A DNA stretch of 64,000 bases, counting the filler, from Globobulimina sp. (taxonomy: Eukaryota), in assembly GCA_003354225.1 (NCBI GenBank). It is 27 parts of 27 records of this genome, joined end to end, with 100 filler letters (N's around TTAATTAATTAA, not from the genome) between each part and the next. Parts side by side here need not be neighbours in the genome. Positions count along the whole stretch, not along the records: positions 49,866 to 52,138 come from PIVH01007741.1; positions 52,239 to 54,511 come from PIVH01007742.1; positions 54,612 to 56,884 come from PIVH01007743.1; positions 56,985 to 59,256 come from PIVH01007744.1; positions 59,357 to 61,628 come from PIVH01007745.1; positions 61,729 to 64,000 come from PIVH01007746.1; 21 more parts are not named here. One strand, 5' to 3'. This document shows, piece after piece, positions 50,573 through 62,462 of this stretch. A program made the position numbers and the translations under genes. Positions within the stretch are counted from its first letter, which is position 1; the number at the start of each line of letters is the position of its first letter. The notes under the pieces are model-generated. The model did no database searches. It was not told where the DNA came from and saw nothing but the letters and a program-made list of their open reading frames with translations.

Positions 50573-51214
50573 TTATAATTCTTGAATTTCGGTCTCATTG
50601 TCATCCATTAACATTTCTTGATAATCTGTTTGTTGTTTTGAGAATAAACGATAAAATATATATGACCATCTACCAAACAATACTGCTGATAGTGCATATA
50701 TCATAGCCATGATTATTAAAAAACAATCAATACCGAATTGATTATTTGCGAGAATTGCTCCTGGTTTATATGTTGTGTTTATATTATACCATTATAATAG
50801 TTACTAGTTAGTATTCATGACATATTGTAAATACCTGCAGTGTAATTAGCACTTAATAACAGATGTGATACAGTAATCATAATGCAATGAACCTTTCCAA
50901 AATAGCGTGCTCTGTCATCTCTTTGTGCATCATAATAATGGACAGACAACAAACCAAATAAAGCTGAGATAATTACCAATGCTATCATAGTTTATATTGT
51001 TTAATTTCATGCACTTACAACAAAAAAAGAAAATCATACGAAATGTGACGCTCCCAATATCCCATTCTTTTCTACCAATAACATGATACAATGACCATGC
51101 AAAAAATACAGTACAAAATCCAAGATCCACTGCACAGTAAATTCGAATTCGTAATGATAATTCCTTTTTATCATTAATTCGTTTCTCCAAATCCAACGCA
51201 TCTGTAGATCGCAT
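50573..51214 (-). CDS. Hypothetical multi-exon membrane protein
   Basis: Hydrophobic coding segments interrupted by intron-like sequence; convergent with trxB. Confidence 0.4.
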
Positions 51215-51431
51215 TGTCCTTAACTGATGCTACTACCAAAACCTCTTAATTTGTATACATATCCATCAATATAAAGTTTGCATTAGCAAATATGCTTAAT
51301 TTGGTCAAATCATATACAAAAAATCGACCAGGTGGTGGTTATCTATTAAAAGTTAAAACTCATAGATCGACGATCGTTGAGTTGAATGAAAAGAGTAATA
51401 ATTAAATTAAAAGTGGAACGTTTGTGGTTTG

Positions 51432-51470
51432 TCTGATGGTTTGGAACAAGTTCTGATGGTTTGGAACAAG
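51432..51470. repeat. Tandem duplication of TCTGATGGTTTGGAACAAG (20-bp period)
   Basis: Directly visible. Confidence 0.9.
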
Positions 51471-52238
51471 ATTAATAAGAAATTTCTATTCGCATCCAAA
51501 CAAAGCATCTCATATACAAATTGTCAGTCAGTACAAATAATTTCTGTTTAATATTAAAATCTCTCCCAATCGGAAGTCGCAGTGCAGTAAACACAACATC
51601 CGGCAGCAACTATCGCACCACACGTCCATAATTCGTGAGATATCCGAACCCAACTTTGTTTTTGTTATATAACTTAAGTACGGAATATCGCATATGCATA
51701 AATAACATACAAAGATCGTGGATTTCTCTTTAAAGAATCATCAATGTCATCCCATCCAAACAACCATTTATAATATGTTCTTTTTTGTGTTTGCATCGCT
51801 GGTAACGATGATCGATTATATGTGATTGAGTGATGCGTTAATATTCTCTGAATATTAATTATGCATACAATTAAAACGTAATATATAAAAAACGGAATTA
51901 AATAAAATGAGAAGAAAAGATATAGATTTTTGTTCAAGCAAATTTGGAATTTAATTCTTCTATTCAAATTTATCAAAATTTGGTAAAATTAAATGCTATT
52001 TTTGGAAACTGGCTCCTTGTAATAGACCTTTGGAATTTATCCGGTCGAATTCGCCTTGAGTTCGAGTGCTTGGAACCTATGGTGGAGTGTATATGATCTC
52101 TAAAGGGGTTTGTATGCAAATATATTTCTCTACATCGANNNNNNNNNNNNNNNNNNNNNNNNNNNNNNNNNNNNNNNNNNNNTTAATTAATTAANNNNNN
52201 NNNNNNNNNNNNNNNNNNNNNNNNNNNNNNNNNNNNNN

Positions 52239-53106
52239 TATTTCAGATTCAGAGTTTCAGAGTTCAATTCAAATAAAATTTTAACATATTAAAATGTAGT
52301 ATATTCTATAAGCAATCACATGTTGATTCTACTCAGTTTTATTGAGAATGTAAACTTAAATTGATTCATAAACTGATCGCGCATGTTTATTATTATATTC
52401 ATCATAAATTGATGCCATACTATGCTATACATTGACCTGTTAAAAGTGTGTAACATATCAATTTGTGAACAGATGCTAGAATTTATTATTTTTTAATTTT
52501 GTTCAAATGCATTTCAGATTCATAATTTCAGAGTTCAATTCAAATATTGTTTTAACATATTAAGATTTAGTATATTCCAAAAACAATTTCATGTTGATTA
52601 TAGTCAGTGTAATTTTGAATGTATATATAAAGTGATCCATAAACTGGTCCAGCATAGTTATTATTATATTCATCATGAATTGATGCCATAACATGTTGTA
52701 CATTGGTCCATTAAAAGTGTATAAAATATCAATGTTTGGATGAATAGTAGGACTTATTACATTTAAATTTTTTTAAATGCATTTCATATTCATAATTTAA
52801 GAGCTAATTTCAAATACATGTTCAATGTATTGAGTGATAGTTTATTCTATTACCAATCACATGTTGATTCTAGTAATTTGTATGTAGAATGTATACTTAA
52901 ATTGACCCATAAACTGATCTAGCATGAGTTTTTAATTTGTAAAATATGCATTTCAGATTCATAATTTCAGAGTTCAATTCATATGAAATTTTAACATATT
53001 AAGATTTAATATATTCCAAAAGCAATCTCATATTGAGATTGTATTTTTCTAGTCAGTTGTATTTAGAATGAATACTTAAACTGATCCCTAAACTGGTCGA
53101 GCATGG
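52239..53106. repeat. Diverged AT-rich satellite with a unit of about 270 bp
   Basis: Units begin (ATGC)ATTTCAGATTCATAATTTCAGAGTTCAATTC at about 52239, 52507, 52777 and 52946. Periods are about 270, 270 and 169 bp (third unit internally shortened); shared CATAAACTG...GCAT block. Confidence 0.9.
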
Positions 53107-54611
53107 GTTTTTCACAATATTAGTGTCGGTGACCACCAGGGGGCAGGCCTGTCACACTGCCATCTGAGATATTGTTAAATCACATTTATCCTTAATGTGA
53201 AAGCATGTCAGCCATTTACTGGGACTCAGTGGCATGTAACTCTGAATAAAAATGTGTAGTTGAAAGTGGAAAAATTTGGAAGGGGTCCAAAAAAGTTTAA
53301 ATATCTTTTGTGTGACATTGTTCAGATTGCAGAGTCAAAATTTGGAGAGTTCTTTGTGATAGACAGTGGAAGTGCAGTGGCCTTTTTGTTCATGCCCTGG
53401 CTGCGGTCAGGGATTGCCAGTATGTCTCGGCCTTTTGGCTAAGAAAAAAATGACTACTGGTGTGGTGATCACCACTGAAAAACTTACAAAAGTTTTCAAA
53501 AAAAGTGAAATCTGATGAAAGATGTGTATCATTTAAGATTTAAAATATCAACATAAAAAGAACCTACAATCCTATGAGAATGATTTTTAGATCAATTCAG
53601 GAATCAATTCTGGATCAATTCTGGAATCAATTCTTGTACAATTTCTGGGAAACAAATACATGATTATTTTAAAGGGATTGATTCTGCTGCAATTCTTCAC
53701 TGATGTCCATGAAATCGATTCTCATCTGTTTTGATGTGAACTGATTTGGTAGCAATGTATGGGGAATTGATTCCAAGGTGATACATAATAAATCTATTGT
53801 ATTGTATTGATACCTGATTGATATCTGAACGACCAATTTTGCAGCAATACTTTGTGAATTGAATATATAGATATCCATGCCTGAAAAATCACATCTTAAG
53901 CTTTAACTATGTAGTCAATTCATTTGAAATTTCAGGGAAATCCATTTTTTATCTTACCTTTAAAAATGGTTTTGAACTGATTTCTGAAATAATTTGTGGT
54001 AATAGCTTTGTGAGCAATTATCAGATTATCAAACTGTAATCAACTTCAAAATGGATTCTTACATGATTATTATTGGATTGATCCAGAATGTTGCACTCGT
54101 TTAGCAGATCTGAATGAATTCTAAATTGTTATTTCAATGATTCTTCTTTGATTAATCATAAATGTGCCACTCGTTTCGGACTTCTTGATTGATTCTGTAA
54201 CAGCCAAATAATTGATTTAAGAATCATGTTTAAATGTATTGCTGATAGCTGCTGTGTAGTAGTCTAAAACAATTTTCTCTGAAGAAAACACAGCTGTTAA
54301 AGAAGGGTCTCTAAAACATGATGGGACAAATAATGGAGTAAAAAACAAAATAAAATAATTCAATAATTTAACGAGGAAATTAAACAACACTTCTTTGTCA
54401 AATGCTGAAGATTTAGATGATATCAGTCTTGATTCCGGACTCGAATCAGATGACTCTACAACGCTTTCAGACGATGTCCTTGATAGTATTGCGGATTTAC
54501 CAGATGTGGTCNNNNNNNNNNNNNNNNNNNNNNNNNNNNNNNNNNNNNNNNNNNNTTAATTAATTAANNNNNNNNNNNNNNNNNNNNNNNNNNNNNNNNN
54601 NNNNNNNNNNN

Positions 54612-56596
54612 GTATTAACACCGATACTGATCCCGATATGAATGCGCAGTCGATGATGGTCCGGAGATTTCTGACTGTTTTAGCAATAAATAATTCCTGT
54701 TACCCGGTGTCTGACGCCGTAACTGGTCAGCTTTCAATCCGCGCAGCCTCGCCAGATGACGAATGTTTGACATGTTTTGCGCAGTTTATAGGCGTACAAC
54801 TCACTCAACGCAAGCCCCCGTGCATAAAATTAAATATATTCCCCGATGGTTTGGCCAATGCAGAGAGTCAATGCCAAGAGAATTGGGAGCAATTAGCAGA
54901 GCTTCCATTCACATCGAAACGCAAACGAATGAGTGTGATCGCTCGCAATTTGCAAACAGGAAACATCCATTTTACAATGAAGGGCGCCGACAGCGAAATG
55001 ATGCGACTAATTCATGATTGGAAAGGGGATGACTGCAGCAAATATGTGGAAAAGTATATAGAAGAATATAGCGAACAGGGATTGAGGACATTGATCGTCG
55101 CAGAGGCCATATTCGACAGTGAGTGGTGGGATGATGCGCAAACCGGATGGTTTCACAAATATGTTGAGTTTGAGCAGGATACGTTGATAATGGAAGAGAC
55201 CGAAAAGGGGCATATTAAAGGTATCTGCGGCAATGCCTGTAGAAAATGCAAATGGTACGAACGCATCGAGAGAGCCGCAAAATGCCAGTTGTTGGGTTGT
55301 ACCGCAATCGAAGATAAGTTGCAAGAGTCTGTGCCTGAGACAATATCCGCGATGCTCGATGGCGGCATAAATGTGTGGGTTTTGACTGGCGACAAACAGA
55401 AAACCGCAGAGAATATCGGCATTGCTTGCAATTTGTTAGAACCCGCAATGGAAAAACATGGCTTGTTGTTTAAATTGACGGTGGCCAACGTACACAAATT
55501 GCAAGAGACTATGAGCTCTGCCATTGATGCAATTGTCGAGAGTCGGCAGTGTCAACCTCAAGCCTCGGGATTGGTGATCAACAGCAAGGCGCTGAAAAGC
55601 ATCATGGACAATGCCGTGCTGCAGAGCTTATTTCTGGAACTGGGCAAATTGTGCAAGTCTGTGATTGGCGTCCGATTGCAACCAAACCAAAAAGCGCAAA
55701 TCATTGAGTTTATTCAGCAACGAACGGGAGCGCGAACTTTAGCGATTGGCGATGGCAGCAATGATGAGCCGATGATTCGGACAGCTTCGGTTGGTGTCGG
55801 TATAGCTGGTTTGGAAGGCACCGCTGCTGTGCGAGCCAGTGATTATTCCATTGGGAAATTCAAATTCTTGAAACGTTTGTTGTTTGTGCACGGCAGGTTG
55901 AATTATAAAAGAATCAGCACGCTGATTTGCTATATGTTTTATAAAAATGGCTTGCTGGCATTGTCGTCGTTTTTCTTTGGTTTTTGCAATGGTTTCAGTG
56001 GAGTCAAGCCGTACAGCGAATGGCCATTCCAATTGTATAACATTGTGTTTACGTGTGTGCCAATATTATTATTTGCAGTGATCGATCGAGATTACAGTGA
56101 TGAATATTTAATTAGTCATCCCCAACTGTATAAGTATGGGCAAACTTGTTCCAATCTGAATACAAAAGTATTTTTTGTTTGGATTATTGAGAGCTGGATG
56201 GCCTCGCTTTTATTGACATTTCTACCGCTTTATTGTTATGTATATAACACCGCGGTGGATTCTACCGGACAATCGGCGGGGATTTGGACTGTCGGCATTG
56301 TTATATTGACATCGATTGTAATTACTGCAAATCTGCGACTGTCGTTTGTTACGAATACGTGGATGTGGCTGACTCACATATTTCTATGGGGGTCAATTGT
56401 TGCTTATTTTCTTTCTATGATGATAGTAAACAGTACGACCTTTTTTGGATATGATATTTATTGGATTGTTTTCCGTGCGATGGGGACGTCGAGGTATTGG
56501 TTGACTGTGTTGGTAGCAACCATTGTTGCGTTATATATACCTGCCACTTATGTGACATTTACCACGTTGAGGAAAAAAGCAAAGAGAAAAGAGTAG
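54612..56596 (+). CDS. P4-type ATPase (phospholipid flippase), 5'-partial
   Basis: ASPDDE, FTSKRKRMSVI, KGADS, GLRTL, LGCTAIEDKLQ, WVLTGDKQKTA, LAIGDGSND, FYKN. Confidence 0.96.
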
Positions 56597-56984
56597 AAAT
56601 GTACGGAAAAATAATAGATTTTTATGAGTTTTTACAAATTTTTGTGTTGTGTTTGTTGTTTATGTCAACTTCTGTTTCCTTTAATTTGTTGTTTGTTTGC
56701 GTGGCAATGAAAGTGCGTGGTTTGCGTGGATATTTGAGACGCATTCAGCAGATCGATTGGGTCATTTATTTATTTATAATAATGAACACGCATTGCATCC
56801 ACGCAAATTAATACCAAACGCAAAAGAATTATATGCCGCAAAATGATTTGTTTACATCGCAAATTCGCAATGTCCGCTATATATNNNNNNNNNNNNNNNN
56901 NNNNNNNNNNNNNNNNNNNNNNNNNNNNTTAATTAATTAANNNNNNNNNNNNNNNNNNNNNNNNNNNNNNNNNNNNNNNNNNNN

Positions 56985-58673
56985 TAGAGCACGGAGTCGA
57001 CATCGGGATCCCTACCGATAGTGAGCCTAGTATTCGCTTAACGGGTCGGAACCCGACGATCGACCCTAAGACATGTGTCTGTGTCTGCAAAACCGTTTTT
57101 AAGTGGCATACCCGCCGTCAGATCTTAGGTCCTTTTCTAAAAAGTCAAGGGAAAGCCATGGGGCTTCGCCTCAACGGCATCCATGGTGTGCCGAAACCAA
57201 ACGGCGACACCAGACCGGTGATCAATAATTCCGACCCTAAATCCCGCTATCACGAGTCAACCAATGGACACATCATAGAGGCTCTGAAAACAGTCCAATA
57301 TGTTGGTCTACGGTCGATAGTCGCGACGGCGGATAGGGAAGGTCCAACCGCTGATATGTGGTCGAGAGACTTGGAAGATGGATATTTTAATTGCTCCATC
57401 AGATGGAGTCAGTGTCGGTTTTTAGCATTCGAGTGGGCAGACCGGCTGTGGGTCCCAGTCGTCATGGTGTTCGGATTGGCGTCAGCCCCGAACATTTTTA
57501 CGAACTTTATGAGAACCCCCCTCAAAGCCATAAGAATGCGCAACCCGTCCATCAGTTATCGGATGATTTCGAAAGAAAGAGTCAATGAGCTATTAATTCG
57601 TAATGAGCCAGATTGTCCAGTCTGGAAACATTACCTCTGTTATCCCATGATTCGTGTTTACGTTGATGACATAATTGGCGTGCATCGAAATAAACATCTC
57701 GCGTTGAGACAATTCTTGAATACTGGTAAAGTATTGAAAGAGTTGAATTTGACAGCGAAAGAGTCAAAGGATCAATGGCCATCATCGACCCCCATTATTT
57801 TAGGGGCTCATTGATTTAGCTGAGCGGAGAGTTTTCCTTACCCAGGAAAAATTAGACCGCTACGTTGCAGATATCAACGACTTATTGTCAAGGAAATCTT
57901 TTCCTATTTCGCGCCTATTTACGGTTATTGGGCGAGCCAGACATGCCTCTGATTTTTTAAGGCTATTAGCAATTTTTGCTCGCAGCCTTGATGTTTACGT
58001 ATATTCCACCTGGTTCAAAACCCGACACTTAAAATGTAATCAATTCCTAAAGATTGACTTGCAATTAGTGATCTGGGCCTTTAAACGTGCGGCGACAGTA
58101 GGAATCTCCTTCGATTATATTTTAAAACCCGCCAACGCCAATGATTACACAGCCTATACCGACGCCGCCACAGTCGTCGGCGGGATCGGGGGCTACATCC
58201 ATCAAGAAGGAGGTAATTGGTTCCAATGCGCCTGGGAGGACATTGAATTATACCATCCGGAAAATCGGGACATCCAGTGGAGAGAGATGTGCGCTGTCTT
58301 GGTATTGTTACGACTTAACATCAAGAAATTACGAAATATGGCAATCACCGTTTGGTGTGACAACATGCCAGTTGTTTTTATGATTTTACGATGTCGAGCA
58401 CCTTTAACCCGCCCAGACTTGCAATATCTCTTAGTCGAGTTAGCGCAAATGCTGATCACTAACGAAGTACACATCTGGATAGACCATATTGAAGGAGAGA
58501 AAAATTTGACAGCGGATAAATTATCTCGTTTCATGGAGGATCCTTTGGGTGACTTGTCTTTCCAGTTAGCGCCCAGGAAAGACAGTATGTGCAATGTACG
58601 GAGGATTACACAATCATACGCAACCGGTTGTAAAGACTATGTCATTGACAGAAAATTTTTACATACTAAATAA
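56985..58673 (+). mobile_element. DIRS/Ngaro-like retrotransposon RT-RNase H (frameshift at about 57800-57806)
   Basis: HGVDIG, GPF, VPK...RPV, DLEDGY, FGLASAP..F, YVDD; LG/LID broken at a GGGG run. RNase H: YTDA..GIGG, E..AV, WCDN, HIEGEKNLTADKLSR. Confidence 0.9.
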
Positions 58674-58716
58674 TTTTTACCTTAAGTAGCAAAACTTTCA
58701 TTTTTTCACTATCTAG

Positions 58717-59140
58717 TTTAAGAAAGAAGACAAATTTGCTCGTAAGTTACGACGCAGTGCAGCAGCGCCGCGAACAAGAAGTAAAAATGATAGCTATGTG
58801 CGCTATTATTTTAAGTTCTGCCGGCACTTTAAAGTACATCCTTTAAGAGCAGAACAACTCGACATTAGAATGAGTCGTTTTTTATCTTGGTTATTTTTTG
58901 AGTTAACCTTCAAAGGAAAAGCAATCACCGATGGCGTTGCTAATGCTTGCCTTACCGCTCTTGCGGCTTACTGGACAGACAATGCGATTCCATTCTTACG
59001 GAAGGACTTCCCTCATATTGCTAAGCAAATGAAAGGTTTTCGTCGACTACGACCAAGTGACATTAGAATTAGAAAACCAGCCTGCCTGGAATTCGTCAAA
59101 TTTACCATCAATAAGCTCCTCGCGTTGAATACGCTACAAG
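58717..59140 (+). mobile_element. N-terminal part of the element's tyrosine recombinase, truncated
   Basis: APRTRSKNDSYVRYYFKFC...FLSWL...CLTAL...QMKGFRRLRP...RKP directly after RNase H, as in DIRS-type YRs; catalytic domain absent. Confidence 0.7.
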
Positions 59141-59256
59141 CTATGGGTACGTGCACATCAAGGCACATTAGGAAATGAACTTGCGGATCGTCTGGCGAAG
59201 TTGGGTAACCTGGAGGTAGACAAACGGAAGTTTACAAAGTTGGACAATTGGAAATA
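59141..59256 (+). mobile_element. RNase HI C-terminal fragment from a different (LINE-type) retroelement
   Basis: In a different frame from the YR: LWVRAHQGTLGNELADRLAKLG. Confidence 0.8.
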
Positions 59257-59356
59257 NNNNNNNNNNNNNNNNNNNNNNNNNNNNNNNNNNNNNNNNNNNN
59301 TTAATTAATTAANNNNNNNNNNNNNNNNNNNNNNNNNNNNNNNNNNNNNNNNNNNN

Positions 59357-60265
59357 ACCACAATTTACAAATATTAATGATTCATTAAATTTTGGTTTAG
59401 CAGTATACCATTTGTTATTATTCATCAATTGCAGTCCATTCATATCATCCGCAATAATCAATGTCAATAACCCCCAATCAGTATGTGGCGAACTACCCAA
59501 ATAATTGTCTGCATTTTTATTTTGTAACTTATGCAAATAATCTCTGTGTTTTATACTAAAATAATGAAATAAGCGAACAATTGAAATAGTTTCACCGCCA
59601 TTAAACTCATCAAATAATACATTCTCATCGGAATATAATGCAATGGAATATGCTTTAATTAATACATAACTAATTTCCATAAATATATCAAACAATTTGT
59701 TGAATGATTTTTCGATGTTTGTTTGTGATGACATTGGTGGGAACATATTGTATAATTCCATATCATTTGTTGGTGCATGTTTTGTTGTTTTCGACCAATT
59801 ATAATATCCGTAACAGAAACCTTCTTTATGTTCCACATATTTTCTTGACCCCGTTTCCTTTCCATATAAGATAAAACCTCGAGAACGAGCCGGCGAACTG
59901 CTGTATTTCTCTTTGCTTTTTTCATCAATGTTAAATAATTTATATGCATTTGATATGATTGTGTCTCGATATTGTAAGTTATATGTACGATGGTTAGGGA
60001 TTGCTAAGTAGAATGAACCATATTTCATAGATGCATCACTGATTTGTTTAGCTATTTTAATTTTATTATTTTCATTGTTTTCTTGATAAAATACGGAAAT
60101 ATCAATAATTGGAAGGTCTATAAATGGTTCAAATGTTGTTGGTAAAGTTTCTGTGCTATCTTGTCTCACGTGTTTTTTATAGAATTGTTGATAAACTATG
60201 TACCATGCAAACGCAACCAGAGCCCATACTGCTGATTGACTCCATAGCCTTGATTTGGGTGCCAT
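59357..60265 (-). CDS. Membrane-anchored 2OG-Fe(II) oxygenase (IPNS/DIOX-like), 3'-partial
   Basis: LPIIDIS, YGSFY, RGF, KEGF, RLFHY, HTDWGLLTLI, GLQ, VNCG; N-terminal TM anchor. Confidence 0.9.
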
Positions 60266-60499
60266 TATTATGCAAGTAAAGTTTTTATTGTATCTCCTTG
60301 CACAATAATCAAGAATTATCAATTAAACTATTAAAACAGATACACGAATGCGAATTAATATTCCAAACACTAAATTTTATAATGTACAAAACAAAAAGAA
60401 AAAACAACACAAATAATATTTGCTGGTATGATACAGAAACACAGATCCAATTAGAATTAAACAATACAGAAAGAAATTAAAAAGCCATATATATATTTA

Positions 60500-61628
60500 T
60501 CATTTATGTTTCATAGCATTTGCTTCTTCGATTAAACATTGTTTGTCAATCAACGTATCATTAAAACAATAGAATAACTTCTCATCTTTAAATTTATGAT
60601 CGTCAACCACATGTTTTAGGAAACCTTTAGTTCGAAAAGAATTTGCCAAATCTTTGGCTCTCTCTCGATTATCAGCGGTATCACGCACAAATTTAGCTGC
60701 AATTAACCAATCGATGCCTTGTGTTCCCACAAAACAATCCGCATATTTCTTCCCCCAACTCCTCCGATCTTTTCGCTCCACGCCAATCGAAAACAATTTA
60801 CATTTATGCGTCACCGAGATCCGTTTTATTAATTTCGCATACAATTGTTGTGAATACTGGTTTTGGTACAACTCACATAACATAAATTCAATGCATTCTA
60901 CAAAGCTCTGAAACGATACATTCTCAACGTTGCGGCAAACATATTTATGTTGAGAACTCCCTGTGTTTTGCATTGGATTTGTTGCACCAAATTGGATCGT
61001 ACTCGCTTTAACGAGTAGTTTCTCTTCAAATTCTTCTGCAGATATCGCAGCGCTGCGTGCCGTGCTCGGCCGAGCCAACATCTCCTTCACAGGCTTCACT
61101 TCATCATTTCCCTCCAACTCTCGCACATAAAATACCTCGTCCACACACTGCTGGATTTCCTTGTCATTTTTAATAATATTCAGCCTCGATTTGGCCGCAT
61201 TGACCAAACCCGTCATAATCTTATCATGTTTGCCTGCAAAATGCGAGTGTTTGGCAGAGGTTTGCTTCCGTTTAAGCGCCAACGATTGCGACGTTAAACT
61301 AAATCCAAAGGCAAACGAAGACGCCGCCGCCCGAGTTTGTATATGTTGCAAACTATTATCATACTTAAAATCATTCGAATACGATTGTTTCTTATGTAGC
61401 ATATCCGTGTTACGCTTCGTTTTATATCCATTCCGCGACCGCGATTGCGGTGATTTGGAGCCACTTTTCTCTGAATCTGACTGCGAATTTGACGCTGACA
61501 TGGAAAGTTGTTTGCTTTTCTCATTCAGTTTCTTAAACACATGTTGTTGGATTAATTGGATCTTTTGCTTTTGGTCTAAGTTCAACATCTCTTCCCTGCG
61601 CGCTTCAGGGATCTCCAAATCGTCCATC
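60500..61628 (-). CDS. DEP-domain protein with a formin-GBD-like helical motif, 5'-partial
   Basis: CFVGTQGIDWL...GFLKHVVDDHKFKDEKLFYCF (DEP); MDDLEIPEARREEMLNL..KIQLI at the contig start. Confidence 0.75.
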
Positions 61629-61872
61629 NNNNNNNNNNNNNNNNNNNNNNNNNNNNNNNNNNNNNNNNNNNNTTAATTAATTAANNNNNNNNNNNNNNNN
61701 NNNNNNNNNNNNNNNNNNNNNNNNNNNNGATGATGTAGTAACATTTGTCACCCGATTTATCTTCCTAATCTTAGCATGTTAAATGTGTTGTTTATATTAA
61801 TATTTCTTTATCTTCCAATTGGTATATTATATTATAATTTATACATTACTATTTTGATTGCATCTAAAAAAT

Positions 61873-62412
61873 TCAAATATTATTCATCAACTTTTGTAAT
61901 ACATGTTTCACAAATAATTTTGTACATAAGCTATTTGTTTTATCAAGTTTCACAATAGAAATATTTATCAAGTGCATCCGTTTGTCTTGTGAAATAATAC
62001 TGTCAAATTTTTGTATTCGACTCATCAATTTAGTCTCCGTATACATATGCAATGCATCTATTACAATATCAACTTTGTTTGATTGACCTTTTCGGCAGTA
62101 AAACACTCCGAGTGCTCCCGCAATACAATAAACATGAAGTATTTTTAAACTAGTAATCCCATCTTCTAGTATTTGGTCGCATACATAATTGAATGTCGAT
62201 GTCAAGTTAGCTGTTGGTTTATCGAAATGTTTGACTAATTGGTCATATTTATCGCGACATTTTTGCTCCAAATCATAGCCCATTTTTCGTAAATTTAATT
62301 GTGCATGGCTGGGAACATCATCTATCGCATATCTACTGTAGGGCAAAAGATATTTCTCCTGACCTATTATTCTCCATAATACATAATCACTTGCCAAATT
62401 TTGCGTAGTCAT
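61873..62412 (-). CDS. Divergent Bcl-2 family (Bok-like) protein, probably viral
   Basis: BH4-like TQNLASDYVLWRI, BH3-like LRKMGYDLE, BH1-like FNYVCDQILEDGITSLKILHVYCIAGALGV, degenerate BH2 LMSRIQKFDS. Confidence 0.8.
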   Translation of the reverse strand: MTTQNLASDYVLWRIIGQEKYLLPYSRYAIDDVPSHAQLNLRKMGYDLEQKCRDKYDQLVKHFDKPTANLTSTFNYVCDQILEDGITSLKILHVYCIAGALGVFYCRKGQSNKVDIVIDALHMYTETKLMSRIQKFDSIISQDKRMHLINISIVKLDKTNSLCTKLFVKHVLQKLMNNI

Positions 62413-62462
62413 ATTGAAATTATGAATAATAGTACTTGTTTCTACTATTTATAGCTCTTTTA

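Noticed and set aside
54250-54511. Coding-like acidic stretch with in-frame TAG/TAA as evidence of stop-codon reassignment
   Set aside because: No homolog recognised; conserved genes elsewhere in the window use TAA, TAG and TGA as true stops.
2321-61684. Regularly spaced TTAATTAATTAA as a CRISPR or biological repeat
   Set aside because: Always centred in N-runs; it is a six-frame-stop assembly linker. ORF ends reading X..LIN are artefacts.
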